From assembly GCA_965225855.1 (NCBI GenBank), contig CBDDCK010000005.1, positions 1,632,001 to 1,696,000 on the forward strand: 64,000 nt of DNA, read 5' to 3'. Source of the DNA: Spirochaetia bacterium. Lineage in GTDB: Bacteria > Spirochaetota > Spirochaetia > SP-2023. The translations under genes were made by a program, and so were the position numbers. A model generated the notes under the pieces. It saw nothing but the letters and a program-made list of their open reading frames with translations. It made no database searches and was not told the DNA's origin. Below are positions 27,337 through 38,429 of the stretch, one piece after another (positions within the stretch are counted from its first letter, which is position 1; each line of letters opens with the position of its first letter).

Positions 27337-28029
27337 TTATTGGTAACTATTTATGAAAGTATTAAAATGCTGGATAAACTGCTTATAATTGGGGTACTGG
27401 AAGTCTGCTATAGAATCTTTGCGACTTTTCCAAGTAAAGTGCGCTGCCGAGTAATCCGCCTTTTTGGCACCGATAATATCATTGCGATAACTGTTGCCCA
27501 CATATAGTATCGCTTGGGGTTCTACACCTAGCCTTTGCGCTAGGTATTGGTAGGCTGCATTATGGGGTTTTAGGTAACCGCTATCTTCTGATGTAATGGC
27601 TAAATCCCAATATTCTGGGCCGAGGCCAAAATATTGTAGCTTTTGCTCTACCGGAAAGTCTGACATGGCAGCAACCATAAAACCGCGGGATTTTAATTCT
27701 TTTAAAGCCTGCTTTACTCCTGGCAATGGGCGAATATAGCGGAAGGTATGCTCCCAAACTTGGTATATCTTATGGTCTAAAAGTTTTTCTACTTGCAAAA
27801 CATTCTGGCCCGTTAGCTCTGCATACATTTGGGCCTGGTGTTGGTGCAAACCCTTACGGCCTTCTGCTTGATAGTGGTAATCATCTTGGCGAAGACTATG
27901 GCGCACTTTCCAATACCGTTGCACTAGCTGAAAATTGCGCAAATAGAATAACAGTGATGTAGTGAGTAATTTCCATTGAGGATATAAGGTACCATCAATA
28001 TCAAAGGCGACAGCTTTTATTTTCGGCAT
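27337..28029 (-). CDS. HAD-superfamily hydrolase
   Basis: FDIDGTLY motif I, MSDF, GYLKPH, YVGNSYRNDIIGA. Confidence 0.9.
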   Translation of the reverse strand: MPKIKAVAFDIDGTLYPQWKLLTTSLLFYLRNFQLVQRYWKVRHSLRQDDYHYQAEGRKGLHQHQAQMYAELTGQNVLQVEKLLDHKIYQVWEHTFRYIRPLPGVKQALKELKSRGFMVAAMSDFPVEQKLQYFGLGPEYWDLAITSEDSGYLKPHNAAYQYLAQRLGVEPQAILYVGNSYRNDIIGAKKADYSAAHFTWKSRKDSIADFQYPNYKQFIQHFNTFINSYQ

Positions 28030-28341
28030 TAGGCTACCCAGCTATACAGGATATAACGGCAATTTGTGGCCATAAAGAACGCCAGAGTATACTTTTTTTA
28101 TTTTGCAAAGCAAGCAGGTAATGGCTAAATTCTCGGGCCAAAGTTTCTCTATAGGGGCCTTTGGTTGTTGGCAAGGCAAGCATAATGCTTGAAAACTAGC
28201 CATTGCCGTGGGTATTTCAACATTTATTTTGTTTTGCCATAGCTGGGAGTTGTATTGGCTTTAGGGCTTTTGCAATTATTCTTGGGTTTGGCTTGTTAGC
28301 GTTGCCAAGGAAGGTGGAAGCCATTATGATTGGGCTTTATT

Positions 28342-30198
28342 ATGTATGATAAACCTGTAATTATTCAGGGTAATGGCACACTCCTGCTGGACTTGCACCA
28401 TCCCGATAGCGATAAAGCCCGCGATTTGCTATTATTATTCTGTGAATTAGAAAAATCGCCCGAGCATATCCATACGTATCAATTGACTCCACTTTCTTTG
28501 TGGAATGCCGCTGCCTCTGGCCTAGGTTACCAGCAAATTTTACAGCATTTAGATTCTGTTAGCCGCTATGAAATACCGCAAAATATAACCTTTCAGGTTG
28601 AAGAAATTATGGGGCGTTATGGGGATTTGTGGCTGGAGGAAACTGAAACTACAGAGGAATTTCAACAGTTGCGCCTGTGTACAGATAATCAGCGTATTTG
28701 GTTGGAATTGCAGCGCAACCGTAAGCTAGCCAAATATTTAGTACCAGAGGAGCCGGAGTTCAGCTTTTTGATTTCTGCTTTGGACCGCGGTATTGTCAAG
28801 GTAGAGCTCATCCGCCAAGGTTTCCCCGTTATTGATTTGGCGCCTGTAGTGGAGGGTGCGCCTTTGCAATTGGCTTTACACAAGCAGACCCTAGCAGGCA
28901 AGCCATTTGAGCCAAGGGCTTATCAACGCAATGCTGTGGCTGCTTTGCTGGGAAACGGTGATCCGGGAAGCGGTTTTGGTTCTATTGTTCTGCCTTGTGG
29001 CGCGGGCAAAACGGTTGTGGGTATCTTGGCAATGGAGGCTTTACAAACTGAGACTTTGGTGCTTACGCCCAATGTAACGGCTTTGCATCAATGGATTCAT
29101 GAATTGTTGGATAAGACTGATCTTAGCTGTGAACAATTGGCAGAATACAGTGGCAACCATAAAAGTATTGGCCCGGTAACGGTTGCGACTTACCAAGTTC
29201 TGACCTGGTTTTCCAAAGAAAAGGGGGAATACCTGCATTTTGACTTGTTTCGCCAGAGGCAGTGGGGCTTGGTTATTTACGATGAGATGCATATGCTGCC
29301 GGCACCTGTGTTTCGTATTATTGCCGAAATACAGAGTGTTCGCCGTTTGGGCCTTACGGCAACTTTGGTGCGCGAAGATCATGAAGAAGATGCGGTGTTT
29401 TCTTTAGTTGGGCCCAAACGCTATGATGTGCCTTGGAAAGAGCTGGAGCGTGAGGGCTGGATAGCTACGGCCAATTGCAGTGAATTGCGAATTGAATTGC
29501 CGCAAGTTCAAATTTTAGAATATGCGGTATCGCAACCGAGGGAGAAAATTAGTATTGCTGCCCAAAATATCTTAAAAGAAGAAGTTGTGGCTGATTTATT
29601 GCAGCGTCATCAAAGTGATAAGATTTTGATTATCGGCCAATATCTCAAGCAATTAGAGGCACTTAGCAAGCGTTTTGTGGTACCCATTATTACCGGGAAA
29701 ACATCGAACAACAAGCGCGAGGCGCTTTATGAGCAATTGCGCAATGGCCAAATCCGTATCTTGATTGTTTCTAAAGTAGCGAATTTTGCCATTGATTTGC
29801 CAGATGTCAATGTGGCGATTCAAGTATCTGGCTCTTTTGGCTCACGGCAAGAAGAGGCCCAGCGTTTGGGCCGTATCTTGCGGCCTAAAAAATGTGCTGC
29901 CTACTTTTATAGCATTGTCTCGCGCTATACGGTGGAAGAAGACTTTTCTAGCAATCGCCAGAAGTTTTTAATTGAGCAAGGCTATAGGTACCAAGTGGTT
30001 ATTTGTGATGCAGAAGATTATCCTTTAAGCCCTGAGCAGGAAAAATCTTTGCGGGAAACGCTTAATAACACGGGCAATGGTCAAGATGCGCTTAGTGAGT
30101 TGCGCTCTGAAGAAGACACCATTCCCGATGCGCCTAAACTGGTTACTAAGCCTTGGGCCAAACCTAAAACAATCCGTAAAAAAGCTATCGGGGATTAA
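28342..30198 (+). CDS. XPB/Ssl2-like DNA repair helicase
   Basis: ELEKSPEHIHTYQLTPLSLWNAAASG, VLPCGAGKT, YDEMH, LGLTATLVRED, SKVANFAIDLPD, GSRQEEAQRLGRILRPK. Confidence 0.93.
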   Translation: MYDKPVIIQGNGTLLLDLHHPDSDKARDLLLLFCELEKSPEHIHTYQLTPLSLWNAAASGLGYQQILQHLDSVSRYEIPQNITFQVEEIMGRYGDLWLEETETTEEFQQLRLCTDNQRIWLELQRNRKLAKYLVPEEPEFSFLISALDRGIVKVELIRQGFPVIDLAPVVEGAPLQLALHKQTLAGKPFEPRAYQRNAVAALLGNGDPGSGFGSIVLPCGAGKTVVGILAMEALQTETLVLTPNVTALHQWIHELLDKTDLSCEQLAEYSGNHKSIGPVTVATYQVLTWFSKEKGEYLHFDLFRQRQWGLVIYDEMHMLPAPVFRIIAEIQSVRRLGLTATLVREDHEEDAVFSLVGPKRYDVPWKELEREGWIATANCSELRIELPQVQILEYAVSQPREKISIAAQNILKEEVVADLLQRHQSDKILIIGQYLKQLEALSKRFVVPIITGKTSNNKREALYEQLRNGQIRILIVSKVANFAIDLPDVNVAIQVSGSFGSRQEEAQRLGRILRPKKCAAYFYSIVSRYTVEEDFSSNRQKFLIEQGYRYQVVICDAEDYPLSPEQEKSLRETLNNTGNGQDALSELRSEEDTIPDAPKLVTKPWAKPKTIRKKAIGD

Positions 30199-30201
30199 AT
30201 T

Positions 30202-32394
30202 ATGTCAGGAAATATTCCAGCTGTCTGGATTGAAAGCTTTAGTTATTTTAGTGATGATAGTTTGCATTTGCTTGGCAAGCTTTATCTAGGTAATAATGGC
30301 ATACATAAAAGTCATTCTCGTGAATTGATCATTGAAGCTTTATGGTATCATACTAACCGTGAAGAGTTTAGCCGCGAAAACTTTTCTAGCTTGAATTTTT
30401 TGGATATTCAACTTTTGTTGCTATTATATTTGGGCATTCATACCGTTCGGGGATTGAGCAAAAGTTTACGCGAATACACTGCAATTGAAATTTGCCTGCA
30501 ATTATTGCATTTGCAAGAGCGTATGTTTGTGCTTCAGGTGGCCTGTAAAAACAAAGCTAGTCGCCGTGAAAATCGCAGCAATAATGTTCATTTGATACCG
30601 AAAATAGCAAAGCAATTACAAGGCCCTGATGGGGCGCACTTTATTATTGCTCCGCAATTTATGGCCAAATTATCCCAACACCTAGATTTTTGTGTTTTGT
30701 TCCAAGGTTGCATTTTGCCAGAGGCACATAAGCCTGCTCTGAGATCGCCCAAATTGTTGCTTAGTTCTGAATTATTTTTGGCTAGCGCGCTTTATTTTGC
30801 TCAGGAATCTTTTCCTACTAAGCGCAAAATTACCAAAACTCAACTGGTCAAATGTCGAGAGCATTTTCCTGCTCTAAGCGATGAGCAGCTGCAAACATTG
30901 CGTGGGCTTTGTTTGTCTTGTGGTTTGCTTTGTGAAGGCGAGCAGGGGCAGGTAATATTTGGGCTTGAAGCTTTTAAGCAGTTATGGAATGCTCCTTATT
31001 ACCAACGTTTATTAGCGTTGCAGGCCTGTGTTGCAGGGTTTAGTTACACTGCTTTTGCTAAGTTGCTCAGTATCTGGCCACAGAATATGTTGTTGCCTGC
31101 CAACCAGTTAGAGCGTTTGCTGTTGATGATGGGTGTAGCCCGTAATGAAGCTTCTAGCTGTATTGATACAATGCAGCAGTGGCATATACTACTTGAAGTA
31201 CCAGAGCTCCCCATATCTTCCAGCAAAGAAAAAGAAGCATATTATCAGCTGAATGCCTGGCTTTATAAAGGTGTTGCTAGAATGGAAAATGAAGGCATGG
31301 GCACAGAACAACAGAATCGCTTGAGTTCCAATTGGGAGTTTTATTGTGATTTGCGCCATCCAGAAAATTATATTGATTTATTGCTTTGTGCGCGTTTGGA
31401 ATGTTTTGCCGAATTGAGTTTATTCTGTATGGAAAAGTCATTGTTCCAAAAATATTTTAATGCCGAGCGCGCTAAATTTGAGCGATTTTTCCAATATATT
31501 CCGCAACTCGAACGTTATGGGATTGGTATTTCTAACTTTATTCGCCAGCAATGGCAAGAATGGTTTGAGGATAGTACGCGTTTTCAGCTGTTTGAAGATT
31601 GTTTACTGGTTTGTCAGCCATCGTATAATGAGTTAATTTGCCGCCTGCTGGCTGTAGAATCTTCGCTTGCGCAGAAAGAAGTAGAGCCTACTTTAGATAT
31701 TTTATGCAATCCGCAAGCTGGCGTATTTTATTTAGATAAAAGCCGTTATCATCATTGGAGTAGCAAATTAAAGAATGCTGGTATTCATTTTAGCCGGCCT
31801 TTTTCTCTAGTAAGATTGGGTGAATCGGAACGAGGAGAACAACAACGATGGTCTATGACAGAAGGTTTTACATTTCCCATGGAACAAGCCTTACAAGCTT
31901 GCTATCAATCGCCGCTTGTTTGTTCTGAAGTGGCCTTACCATCTGAGAAACCTAAAGAATTTCCCTGGGATAATTGGCCAACAGAGCCTCACGTTTTTGT
32001 CCAGTCGCGTCAATTAGTTTGTAGCAGTACGGATTTCAAGTTATTGCACATACATTTTCGCGAAGCGCGTGGGGTTGATTACACAGCTAAACGCAATTTG
32101 CTACACAGTTTACTGACTGCTCGTAATCACATGGCCATTATCACCGTGGCCACTGGCGATAGTTTTGATTTAGTGCCTTATATGATTTTGCCTTTGAGTT
32201 TAGATGGCCCAAAAGAAGACCCGCGTCTATTAGCGTTGGATTTGCGGCAAGAATGTTTACAGCAATTTCGTGTCAAAAGTATTACCCGCGTCAATGAAGT
32301 TTTTTACAGTTTGATCAATGTTTGTTTGTTGAGCCTCTTATCCAGTGATTATATTGCTACTTTAGAAAATAAATTCAGGAGTTGTCAAGATTAA
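30202..32394 (+). CDS. XPB-associated protein (Helicase_C_3-like domain, possible C-terminal WYL-like domain), divergent
   Basis: 3 bp after the XPB gene; ISNFIRQQWQEWF...FQLFEDCLL resembles the helicase-associated domain; C-terminal PLSL...LLALDL...QFRVKSI. Confidence 0.5.
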   Translation: MSGNIPAVWIESFSYFSDDSLHLLGKLYLGNNGIHKSHSRELIIEALWYHTNREEFSRENFSSLNFLDIQLLLLLYLGIHTVRGLSKSLREYTAIEICLQLLHLQERMFVLQVACKNKASRRENRSNNVHLIPKIAKQLQGPDGAHFIIAPQFMAKLSQHLDFCVLFQGCILPEAHKPALRSPKLLLSSELFLASALYFAQESFPTKRKITKTQLVKCREHFPALSDEQLQTLRGLCLSCGLLCEGEQGQVIFGLEAFKQLWNAPYYQRLLALQACVAGFSYTAFAKLLSIWPQNMLLPANQLERLLLMMGVARNEASSCIDTMQQWHILLEVPELPISSSKEKEAYYQLNAWLYKGVARMENEGMGTEQQNRLSSNWEFYCDLRHPENYIDLLLCARLECFAELSLFCMEKSLFQKYFNAERAKFERFFQYIPQLERYGIGISNFIRQQWQEWFEDSTRFQLFEDCLLVCQPSYNELICRLLAVESSLAQKEVEPTLDILCNPQAGVFYLDKSRYHHWSSKLKNAGIHFSRPFSLVRLGESERGEQQRWSMTEGFTFPMEQALQACYQSPLVCSEVALPSEKPKEFPWDNWPTEPHVFVQSRQLVCSSTDFKLLHIHFREARGVDYTAKRNLLHSLLTARNHMAIITVATGDSFDLVPYMILPLSLDGPKEDPRLLALDLRQECLQQFRVKSITRVNEVFYSLINVCLLSLLSSDYIATLENKFRSCQD

Positions 32395-32414
32395 TTTCTT
32401 ACTAGAAACGATTT

Positions 32415-33812
32415 ATGGAACATATTGAAATACATTATTTAAGCTCTATAGAAGTGGAAATTCGTTTTATTGATAGCCTAAATCATGATAGCAATCGCCG
32501 TATTTTCTTACTGGGCACGGCCCATGTTTCCGAGCAAAGTGCCCGGCAAACAGAAGAACAGATAGCCAAGTTACAGCCTGATTGCATTTGTATTGAATTG
32601 GATAGCCAGCGCTACCAAACATTACAGCAAAAGGAACGCTGGCAAAATTTAAATTTATTTAAAATTTTAAAAGAGGGCAAGGGATTTTTGTTGTTGGTCA
32701 ATTTGCTACTGGCTTCATTTCAAAAACGCGTTGGCCGTGATTTAGCGATGAAGCCGGGGCAAGAAATGATTCGGGCTATGGAATTGGCGCATGAAAAACA
32801 AATTCATTTGGAATTAGTCGATCGTTCTGTAGAAGTTACATTGAAACGGGCCTGGGCTAAATGTAATTTATGGCAGCGTAGTAAATTACTCAATAGTTTA
32901 CTTGCTTCTTTGTTCAGTGAAGAAAAGATTTCTGAAGAATATATTGAAAAACTAAAAGAAGCAGATACGTTAGAGCATCTGATGGAAGAATTTGCGAATT
33001 ATTTGCCTAGTATTAAAACAAGCTTAATTGATGAGCGCGATGTTTTTTTAGCGCGTTCGATAGCTGGTGCCCCTGGCAAAAATATCTTTGCCGTGTTGGG
33101 GGCTGGCCATTTGCGCGGGGTTTGCTTAGTTTTAGAAAAAGTGCTTTCTGAAAATGGCCGGGTTGTTTCAAGCCACCACCGGAGTGAAGAAGATCAACAA
33201 TTGGAAGATAATTCTTTTGTTAATAGGGAAATATCAAGCCCAATAAATGGAGGTATAGATGGGGATATAAATTCAAGCCCAAATAAAAACACAAGTAAAA
33301 ATCTACCAGAATGGCTGAAAAATCCGCAAGTGCCTGTACCACAGAATGAGCAGCTACTGTATATGTCTGGTAAATCATTTTTTGGTAAAATTTTACCGTG
33401 GATCATTCCCATGTTTGCTATCGTAATGATGGCTGCTGGCTTTTTCTTTGCTGATACGCAAAAAGCTTTACAGGGCCTTGGTATTTGGGTTTTATCTCAT
33501 TCAGTTTTAGCTGGCTTTGCCGCTCTTTGTGTTTTAGCTCATCCTATTAGTATTTTAGTTGCTATACTGACTTCGCCATTTACCGCATTAAACCCAACCA
33601 TTTCCGTAGGTTTGGTTACGGCTCTGTGTGAAGTTTTGCTGCGCAAGCCAAGGGTTAAGGATGCCGAAAATTTATTAGAGTTGGGAAAATGGTGGCAGTT
33701 TCGCCAAAATCGTATTTGGCATGCTTTAATTATTTTTATAGTGGTATCATTAGGTGGTGCTATAGCGACGTTTATCGCTTTGCCTTGGCTTAGTGTATTA
33801 TTTTCAGTTTGA
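32415..33812 (+). CDS. TraB/GumN (pheromone shutdown) family protein
   Basis: LLGTAHVS, CIELDSQR, PGQEM, LIDERD, VLGAGH; C-terminal TMs AHPISIL...PFTALNP. Confidence 0.92.
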   Translation: MEHIEIHYLSSIEVEIRFIDSLNHDSNRRIFLLGTAHVSEQSARQTEEQIAKLQPDCICIELDSQRYQTLQQKERWQNLNLFKILKEGKGFLLLVNLLLASFQKRVGRDLAMKPGQEMIRAMELAHEKQIHLELVDRSVEVTLKRAWAKCNLWQRSKLLNSLLASLFSEEKISEEYIEKLKEADTLEHLMEEFANYLPSIKTSLIDERDVFLARSIAGAPGKNIFAVLGAGHLRGVCLVLEKVLSENGRVVSSHHRSEEDQQLEDNSFVNREISSPINGGIDGDINSSPNKNTSKNLPEWLKNPQVPVPQNEQLLYMSGKSFFGKILPWIIPMFAIVMMAAGFFFADTQKALQGLGIWVLSHSVLAGFAALCVLAHPISILVAILTSPFTALNPTISVGLVTALCEVLLRKPRVKDAENLLELGKWWQFRQNRIWHALIIFIVVSLGGAIATFIALPWLSVLFSV

Positions 33813-33861
33813 TTGGTACTTTTTGTTATCCTTTTCTTAAATTAGAAAAGTACCAATCAAA
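33808..33861. terminator. 16-bp inverted repeat at the traB stop
   Basis: tttgattggtactttt-N22-aaaagtaccaatcaaa. Confidence 0.6.
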
Positions 33862-34075
33862 GAAGGCTGTAATGGATTTTCAAGTCTTTCTTGGGCAATG
33901 AATTATTGCAAGTGTGCAATCCCTGTTAATTTTATGTAGCGTTTTTCAGCTATGTAGTTTAGGCTTCCAAGGTTATAAAATACTTTGTATTTTGTATAGG
34001 GTTCGTACAGAGTTTAGTAATAGTGGCTCTGCCTGCGTTTGAATGGTTGTGGGTAGTGAGGGTTAGCACATCATT

Positions 34076-36757
34076 ATGACAATATTTGATTTGGGCGACT
34101 TAATTACAGTATTGGTATTGTTGTTTCTCGTGTTATACTTTCGGGCTCGCGATAGCAATAATCGTTCTATAGATGAAGTGCGGCGTTTTTTATCTAGTAT
34201 GCGCGGCAGTTTAGAGCATCGTTTTCAAAATATTAAAAATGAATTGGAGGAGCGTTCTGTTGAATTGGAAGCCCAGCGGGATTTGAATATTGAATATATG
34301 CGTAGGGGGGCGCAGAGCTATCAAAATTTTATGCAAAGTGTGGAAGGTTTGGAAGCTACGCAACAACGCTTGGAAACTTTGTTTGATTCTCTTAGGCTTT
34401 ATGAAGAACAAATGGGCCAAATTCAGCAGCAATTTAGTCAAGTAGCTCAGCAAACAGAGCAAGTCCATAAGTTAGATGCCCATTTAAAAGAATATAGGCA
34501 TTGGGCGGGTGAACTGCAAAAACATTTAATGCTCAAATTAGATGAACATCAAAGATTGTTAGAAAATAATCTTGAAAAATATTTAACCGAGCAAAAAGAA
34601 TCTTTTAGCCAAGATTGGGAAAGTTTGAATACGCGACTGCAAGGGTTGGAAGAAGGCACAGCTCAGCAAGCAGATGCATTGCAGCGAGTTGTTCGTGAGA
34701 GGTCAGAGTGGGACAAAGTTGAACGGGCTTTGCAATCCGATGCCGAGCATTTGCGCCAGAAACAACAAGCTTTGCGTGAAAAATTCGATTACGTGTTAGA
34801 GCAAAATAACCAGTTGGAAGCTCGATATGAAAGTAGAAAAAATCAGGTACAAGAATTCCAAGAGCAGTTAAACCAGCTTTATGGGGAAGTGGAACAGGAT
34901 TTAAAAGAGGAGCTGAATCGCCATCGCCAAGAATTGCGGGAGCAGTTGTTGCTTGATATTCAAAATTTGCAGCGTGAACAAAAAGCTTTATTGGGCCACA
35001 AGACCGATGAGCTAATGCGCAAAACGATTGAGCAGGTGCATCGCAACTTGCAGGAGTTTGAACAATGGTGTAGTGCCTATTTTGAAAAATTTGTCAGCAT
35101 TGAGGGTGATATTAAGAAGGATCGCAATGCCTTGCTAGAACAATTTCGCATTGATATGTGGCAAGAAATGGAGACTGCTAAATCCATATATGGCGAGCAA
35201 GCTAACGAATTATTTGGCGATTGGAGTATGCTTTCGGAAAATTATCAGCGTTTGCAGTCGGACTTTGAACAAATTGAAAGCCGCTCTCGTGAGGAATTGG
35301 GCTCCCAATTTGAATTATATGAAAAGAATTTTATCGATGATTTGCGCAAAAAACGGCTTCAGATGACTGAACATTTGCAGCTTTGGGACGATTCAATGAA
35401 AAATCAGCTGGAAGAATTGGCCCGACAAATGGAGAGTAGCCAAGAAGCAAATTGGGATCGCAACCGAGAAATTTGGGATCGCCAAGTAGAAGTTGAGCGT
35501 AGAAATTTGAAAGAACAGCTGCGTATTTCTAAACAACAAATTCAAGGACATGAAATTGAAGTAGAGCGCAATATTCGCCAATTGATGGTCGATTTGAAAT
35601 CCGAGGCGAAAAGCCAGCAGGAAAATATTGTACAACAAAACCGTGAGCGCGATATAGAAATCCGCAAGCGTTTGGAAGAACATGGTAGTAGTTTAGAACA
35701 ATGGTCGCAAAACTTTTTGCAGATGGAAAAAAATATGCAGGAGCGCAGTCGCAAATTGGAAGAGCAATATGAATCCTTGGAAGTTCGCATTGAAAGAGAT
35801 GTTCAGCAAATGGCTAGCAACTTTGAGACTATTGAACAGCAGCAGCAACATATTTTGAGCAATGGTAAATTGATTGAACGTGCAGAACAATTATGGCGTG
35901 AAACGCGTGAACAGATAGCGAGGCTACGTGAACAAAATTCGATTTTGAATACTTATGGGGAACAAAGTCAACATTTAGGGAAAGAATTTGAATACATTAA
36001 GCAATTGGCTCAAGATATTGGCGGCAAGCTGCGGGCTTTGGAGGCCATCGAAGAGCGTGCTGAGACGCTACAACAGAATGTGAAAAATGTAGAACAGACC
36101 ATGGAGCAAAACCGCAGCCAGTGGGAAGCGATGTATGCTCAACACGATCGCATTCAACAAATGGAAGAATATTTACGGCGTATAGAAGAAGTGTATCAAG
36201 ACCGAGGAAAAGAATTTATTGCATTGGAACAGCAGGCACAGAACTTGGAAGCTCACCAAGCTCAAGTATTACAGCATATTAATGGCATAAAAGATATTGA
36301 ATCTCGTATCTCATCGGTGGAGCAGTTGGTTGGCCCGCTGGAAGAAAAAGCAAGTGAGTTGAGCCGTTTACAAGATGTGATTGAGCAAAACTCCGTTTAT
36401 ACAGGGCAAGTTTCCGAGCAAATTTCTGTATTACAACGGCTTGTAGATATAGCGCAGCAGCGTTCTGAAGAGCTAGAGCGTATGCGTTCTTGGTTGGCCA
36501 ATGCAGAAGAAAGGGTTAAAAAGATGAATGAAAATCTTGACATGAATATACACTTAGCAGAGCAAGTTGCTTTACAGCAGGGTAACCAACAAAACTTGAA
36601 TGATTCTGGGGTGGACTTGGCGCGCATTGATGCAGAAACACGAACTATGGTATTTCGACTTTCGGAGAAAGGCTGGGATAATCGGACCATTGCCAAGCAG
36701 CTCAATATTAGTGTTGGTGCTGTTGAATTAATTTTGGAGATGAGTTCAATTATTTAA
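34076..36757 (+). CDS. Membrane-anchored long coiled-coil protein (SpiroCoCo-like) with C-terminal HTH-like tail
   Basis: N-terminal TM followed by RARDSNNRSIDEVRRF; E/Q-rich heptads; GWDNRTIAKQLNISVGAVELILEM. Confidence 0.75.
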   Translation: MTIFDLGDLITVLVLLFLVLYFRARDSNNRSIDEVRRFLSSMRGSLEHRFQNIKNELEERSVELEAQRDLNIEYMRRGAQSYQNFMQSVEGLEATQQRLETLFDSLRLYEEQMGQIQQQFSQVAQQTEQVHKLDAHLKEYRHWAGELQKHLMLKLDEHQRLLENNLEKYLTEQKESFSQDWESLNTRLQGLEEGTAQQADALQRVVRERSEWDKVERALQSDAEHLRQKQQALREKFDYVLEQNNQLEARYESRKNQVQEFQEQLNQLYGEVEQDLKEELNRHRQELREQLLLDIQNLQREQKALLGHKTDELMRKTIEQVHRNLQEFEQWCSAYFEKFVSIEGDIKKDRNALLEQFRIDMWQEMETAKSIYGEQANELFGDWSMLSENYQRLQSDFEQIESRSREELGSQFELYEKNFIDDLRKKRLQMTEHLQLWDDSMKNQLEELARQMESSQEANWDRNREIWDRQVEVERRNLKEQLRISKQQIQGHEIEVERNIRQLMVDLKSEAKSQQENIVQQNRERDIEIRKRLEEHGSSLEQWSQNFLQMEKNMQERSRKLEEQYESLEVRIERDVQQMASNFETIEQQQQHILSNGKLIERAEQLWRETREQIARLREQNSILNTYGEQSQHLGKEFEYIKQLAQDIGGKLRALEAIEERAETLQQNVKNVEQTMEQNRSQWEAMYAQHDRIQQMEEYLRRIEEVYQDRGKEFIALEQQAQNLEAHQAQVLQHINGIKDIESRISSVEQLVGPLEEKASELSRLQDVIEQNSVYTGQVSEQISVLQRLVDIAQQRSEELERMRSWLANAEERVKKMNENLDMNIHLAEQVALQQGNQQNLNDSGVDLARIDAETRTMVFRLSEKGWDNRTIAKQLNISVGAVELILEMSSII

Positions 36758-36858
36758 CTTTATTAAATATTTTTTGTGGCTTTTAATTTTTTACGTTCAA
36801 AATTTGCTTGGCCAATATGATTGGTTTTTGGATAATGATCGCACTTTAGGAGGATTTT

Positions 36859-37815
36859 GTGAATACCCAATTGCAACGAATGATGGTTGTACTATTTTTA
36901 GTACTGACATTAATAGCGGTAACAGTCTTATTTTGGCTGCCTATCAATAATGATTCCGATCGTATTTTGGTAGCTAGAGAAAATGCATCAAATGGTTTGT
37001 TAAATTTAGGTGCTCAAGAACAGGATACTCAAAATGGCAAAGATTCTTCGATGGATGATATGTTGAGTAGTGAATTTACTGGGCCAAAATCCGAGTCTTT
37101 TGAGACAGGCGATTCTATGAGAATGGAAGACAATGAAAATTCTTTGTATGAGCAAGATTTGATAGCTGATGATGCAGAGCTGCGTCGCGAATATGACCCA
37201 GCTAGCTATCTTGGCAATGGTATGAAAGCAGGGAATATGCAAAATTTAAATATGGACAAAGACGGTAAGAATGGGGCGGTTTCCATGTTACCCGGAGGAA
37301 TGTCTATGAAAGCCATGCCAAAAAAATCCATTACGATGAGTAAGGAAATGATGATGGATAGCGATATCGATGGTTATGCTTACGATGTGATGGGCAACAA
37401 ACGTGCTCATGTTACAGATTACACTGTACGCAAAAATGATTGGTTTGCCAAAATTACCGGTAAACATTGGGAAGACCTATTTATGTGGCCAGACCTTTAC
37501 ACGATGAATATAAATAATTTGAGTAGTAATAATCCTGATTTGATTTTTCCCGATGAAAAAATCAGTGTCTATGAATCATTGACGGCGGATGGTGATTTTT
37601 CAGCAGATGATCGCCGGACTTTGATTAGTGCTTATCTTAAAGTTTATAAGATATATAAGCAGTTGGGAAAAAAGAAAGATCTGGCCGCAGCTCAATTATT
37701 GGCATCGGCTGTGCGCTATGATCAGGGATTTTTAGAAAAGTATTCAGGTATTATCGCATCAAAAGATAAGCGAGAAGCCGAGCGTTTGCTCAAGGAGCAA
37801 AAATTCCTCGATTGA
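36859..37815 (+). CDS. Membrane-anchored LysM-domain protein
   Basis: YTVRKNDWFAKITGKHWEDLFMWPDLYTMN...NPDLIFPDEKI; GTG start with AGGAGG RBS. Confidence 0.8.
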   Translation: MNTQLQRMMVVLFLVLTLIAVTVLFWLPINNDSDRILVARENASNGLLNLGAQEQDTQNGKDSSMDDMLSSEFTGPKSESFETGDSMRMEDNENSLYEQDLIADDAELRREYDPASYLGNGMKAGNMQNLNMDKDGKNGAVSMLPGGMSMKAMPKKSITMSKEMMMDSDIDGYAYDVMGNKRAHVTDYTVRKNDWFAKITGKHWEDLFMWPDLYTMNINNLSSNNPDLIFPDEKISVYESLTADGDFSADDRRTLISAYLKVYKIYKQLGKKKDLAAAQLLASAVRYDQGFLEKYSGIIASKDKREAERLLKEQKFLD

Positions 37816-37956
37816 TTTTTTGGCTCTCATTGGCTCTTCGGTTTTTTGAGATGAATGGAATGATTTATAGGAGTGTCTTTACTTTTACGTATTTTCTGTA
37901 GGGAAAATTAGCCTCTGAATTTTTTTCTTTTATAAGTTGTTCAATAGAAATTTATA

Positions 37957-38370
37957 ATGAATAAAAAACGATATACGGGCTCTGAAAAACCTTTACAAGG
38001 CTTGTTACGGGTTTGTCGCAAGACTGAGCAAGAACGAGTTTTTAATCTTGCAGTACGTCAAGTTTTAAATTATATTCCGTCTCAAAAATTGCCAGAGCCG
38101 AATCCTAATCTATTGGGCTCGGAGAAAGTTCTTTTAACTCGGAAAGCCAATGAATTTTTCCGTTTAGGGCAAATCCAAGCTGCAGAAAAAATTTATTTGA
38201 CGGTAGGCTATAGTGCTGGTTTGCATAAATTGGCCGAGCATTATTTGAAGAAAGAAAATTTTATCAAAGCATATTTATTGTTTCAGGCGGCTAATGATTA
38301 TCAAAATGTCGATGCTTTGACAGAGCGTTTTGTTACTGTTGTTCGCAAATGGTTGAAAAATTTGAATTAG
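37957..38370 (+). CDS. Hypothetical protein (TPR-like)
   Basis: LTRKANEFFRLGQIQAAEKIYLTVGYSAGL helical repeat-like sequence. Confidence 0.6.
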   Translation: MNKKRYTGSEKPLQGLLRVCRKTEQERVFNLAVRQVLNYIPSQKLPEPNPNLLGSEKVLLTRKANEFFRLGQIQAAEKIYLTVGYSAGLHKLAEHYLKKENFIKAYLLFQAANDYQNVDALTERFVTVVRKWLKNLN

Positions 38371-38429
38371 CAATATTTTGAACGTAGAGTTTTTTGCTTC
38401 ATTAAGTCTTGAAAAATGGGTTTAGTTTA

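Noticed and set aside
17336..27507. Plus-strand ORFs recurring within the protease array (e.g. 19532, 21114, 22724)
   Set aside because: Antisense shadows that recur only because the underlying paralogs are conserved.
33180..33360. Low-complexity insert in TraB as a possible intein or mobile insertion
   Set aside because: Short and in frame with no intein terminal motifs; probably a variable linker.
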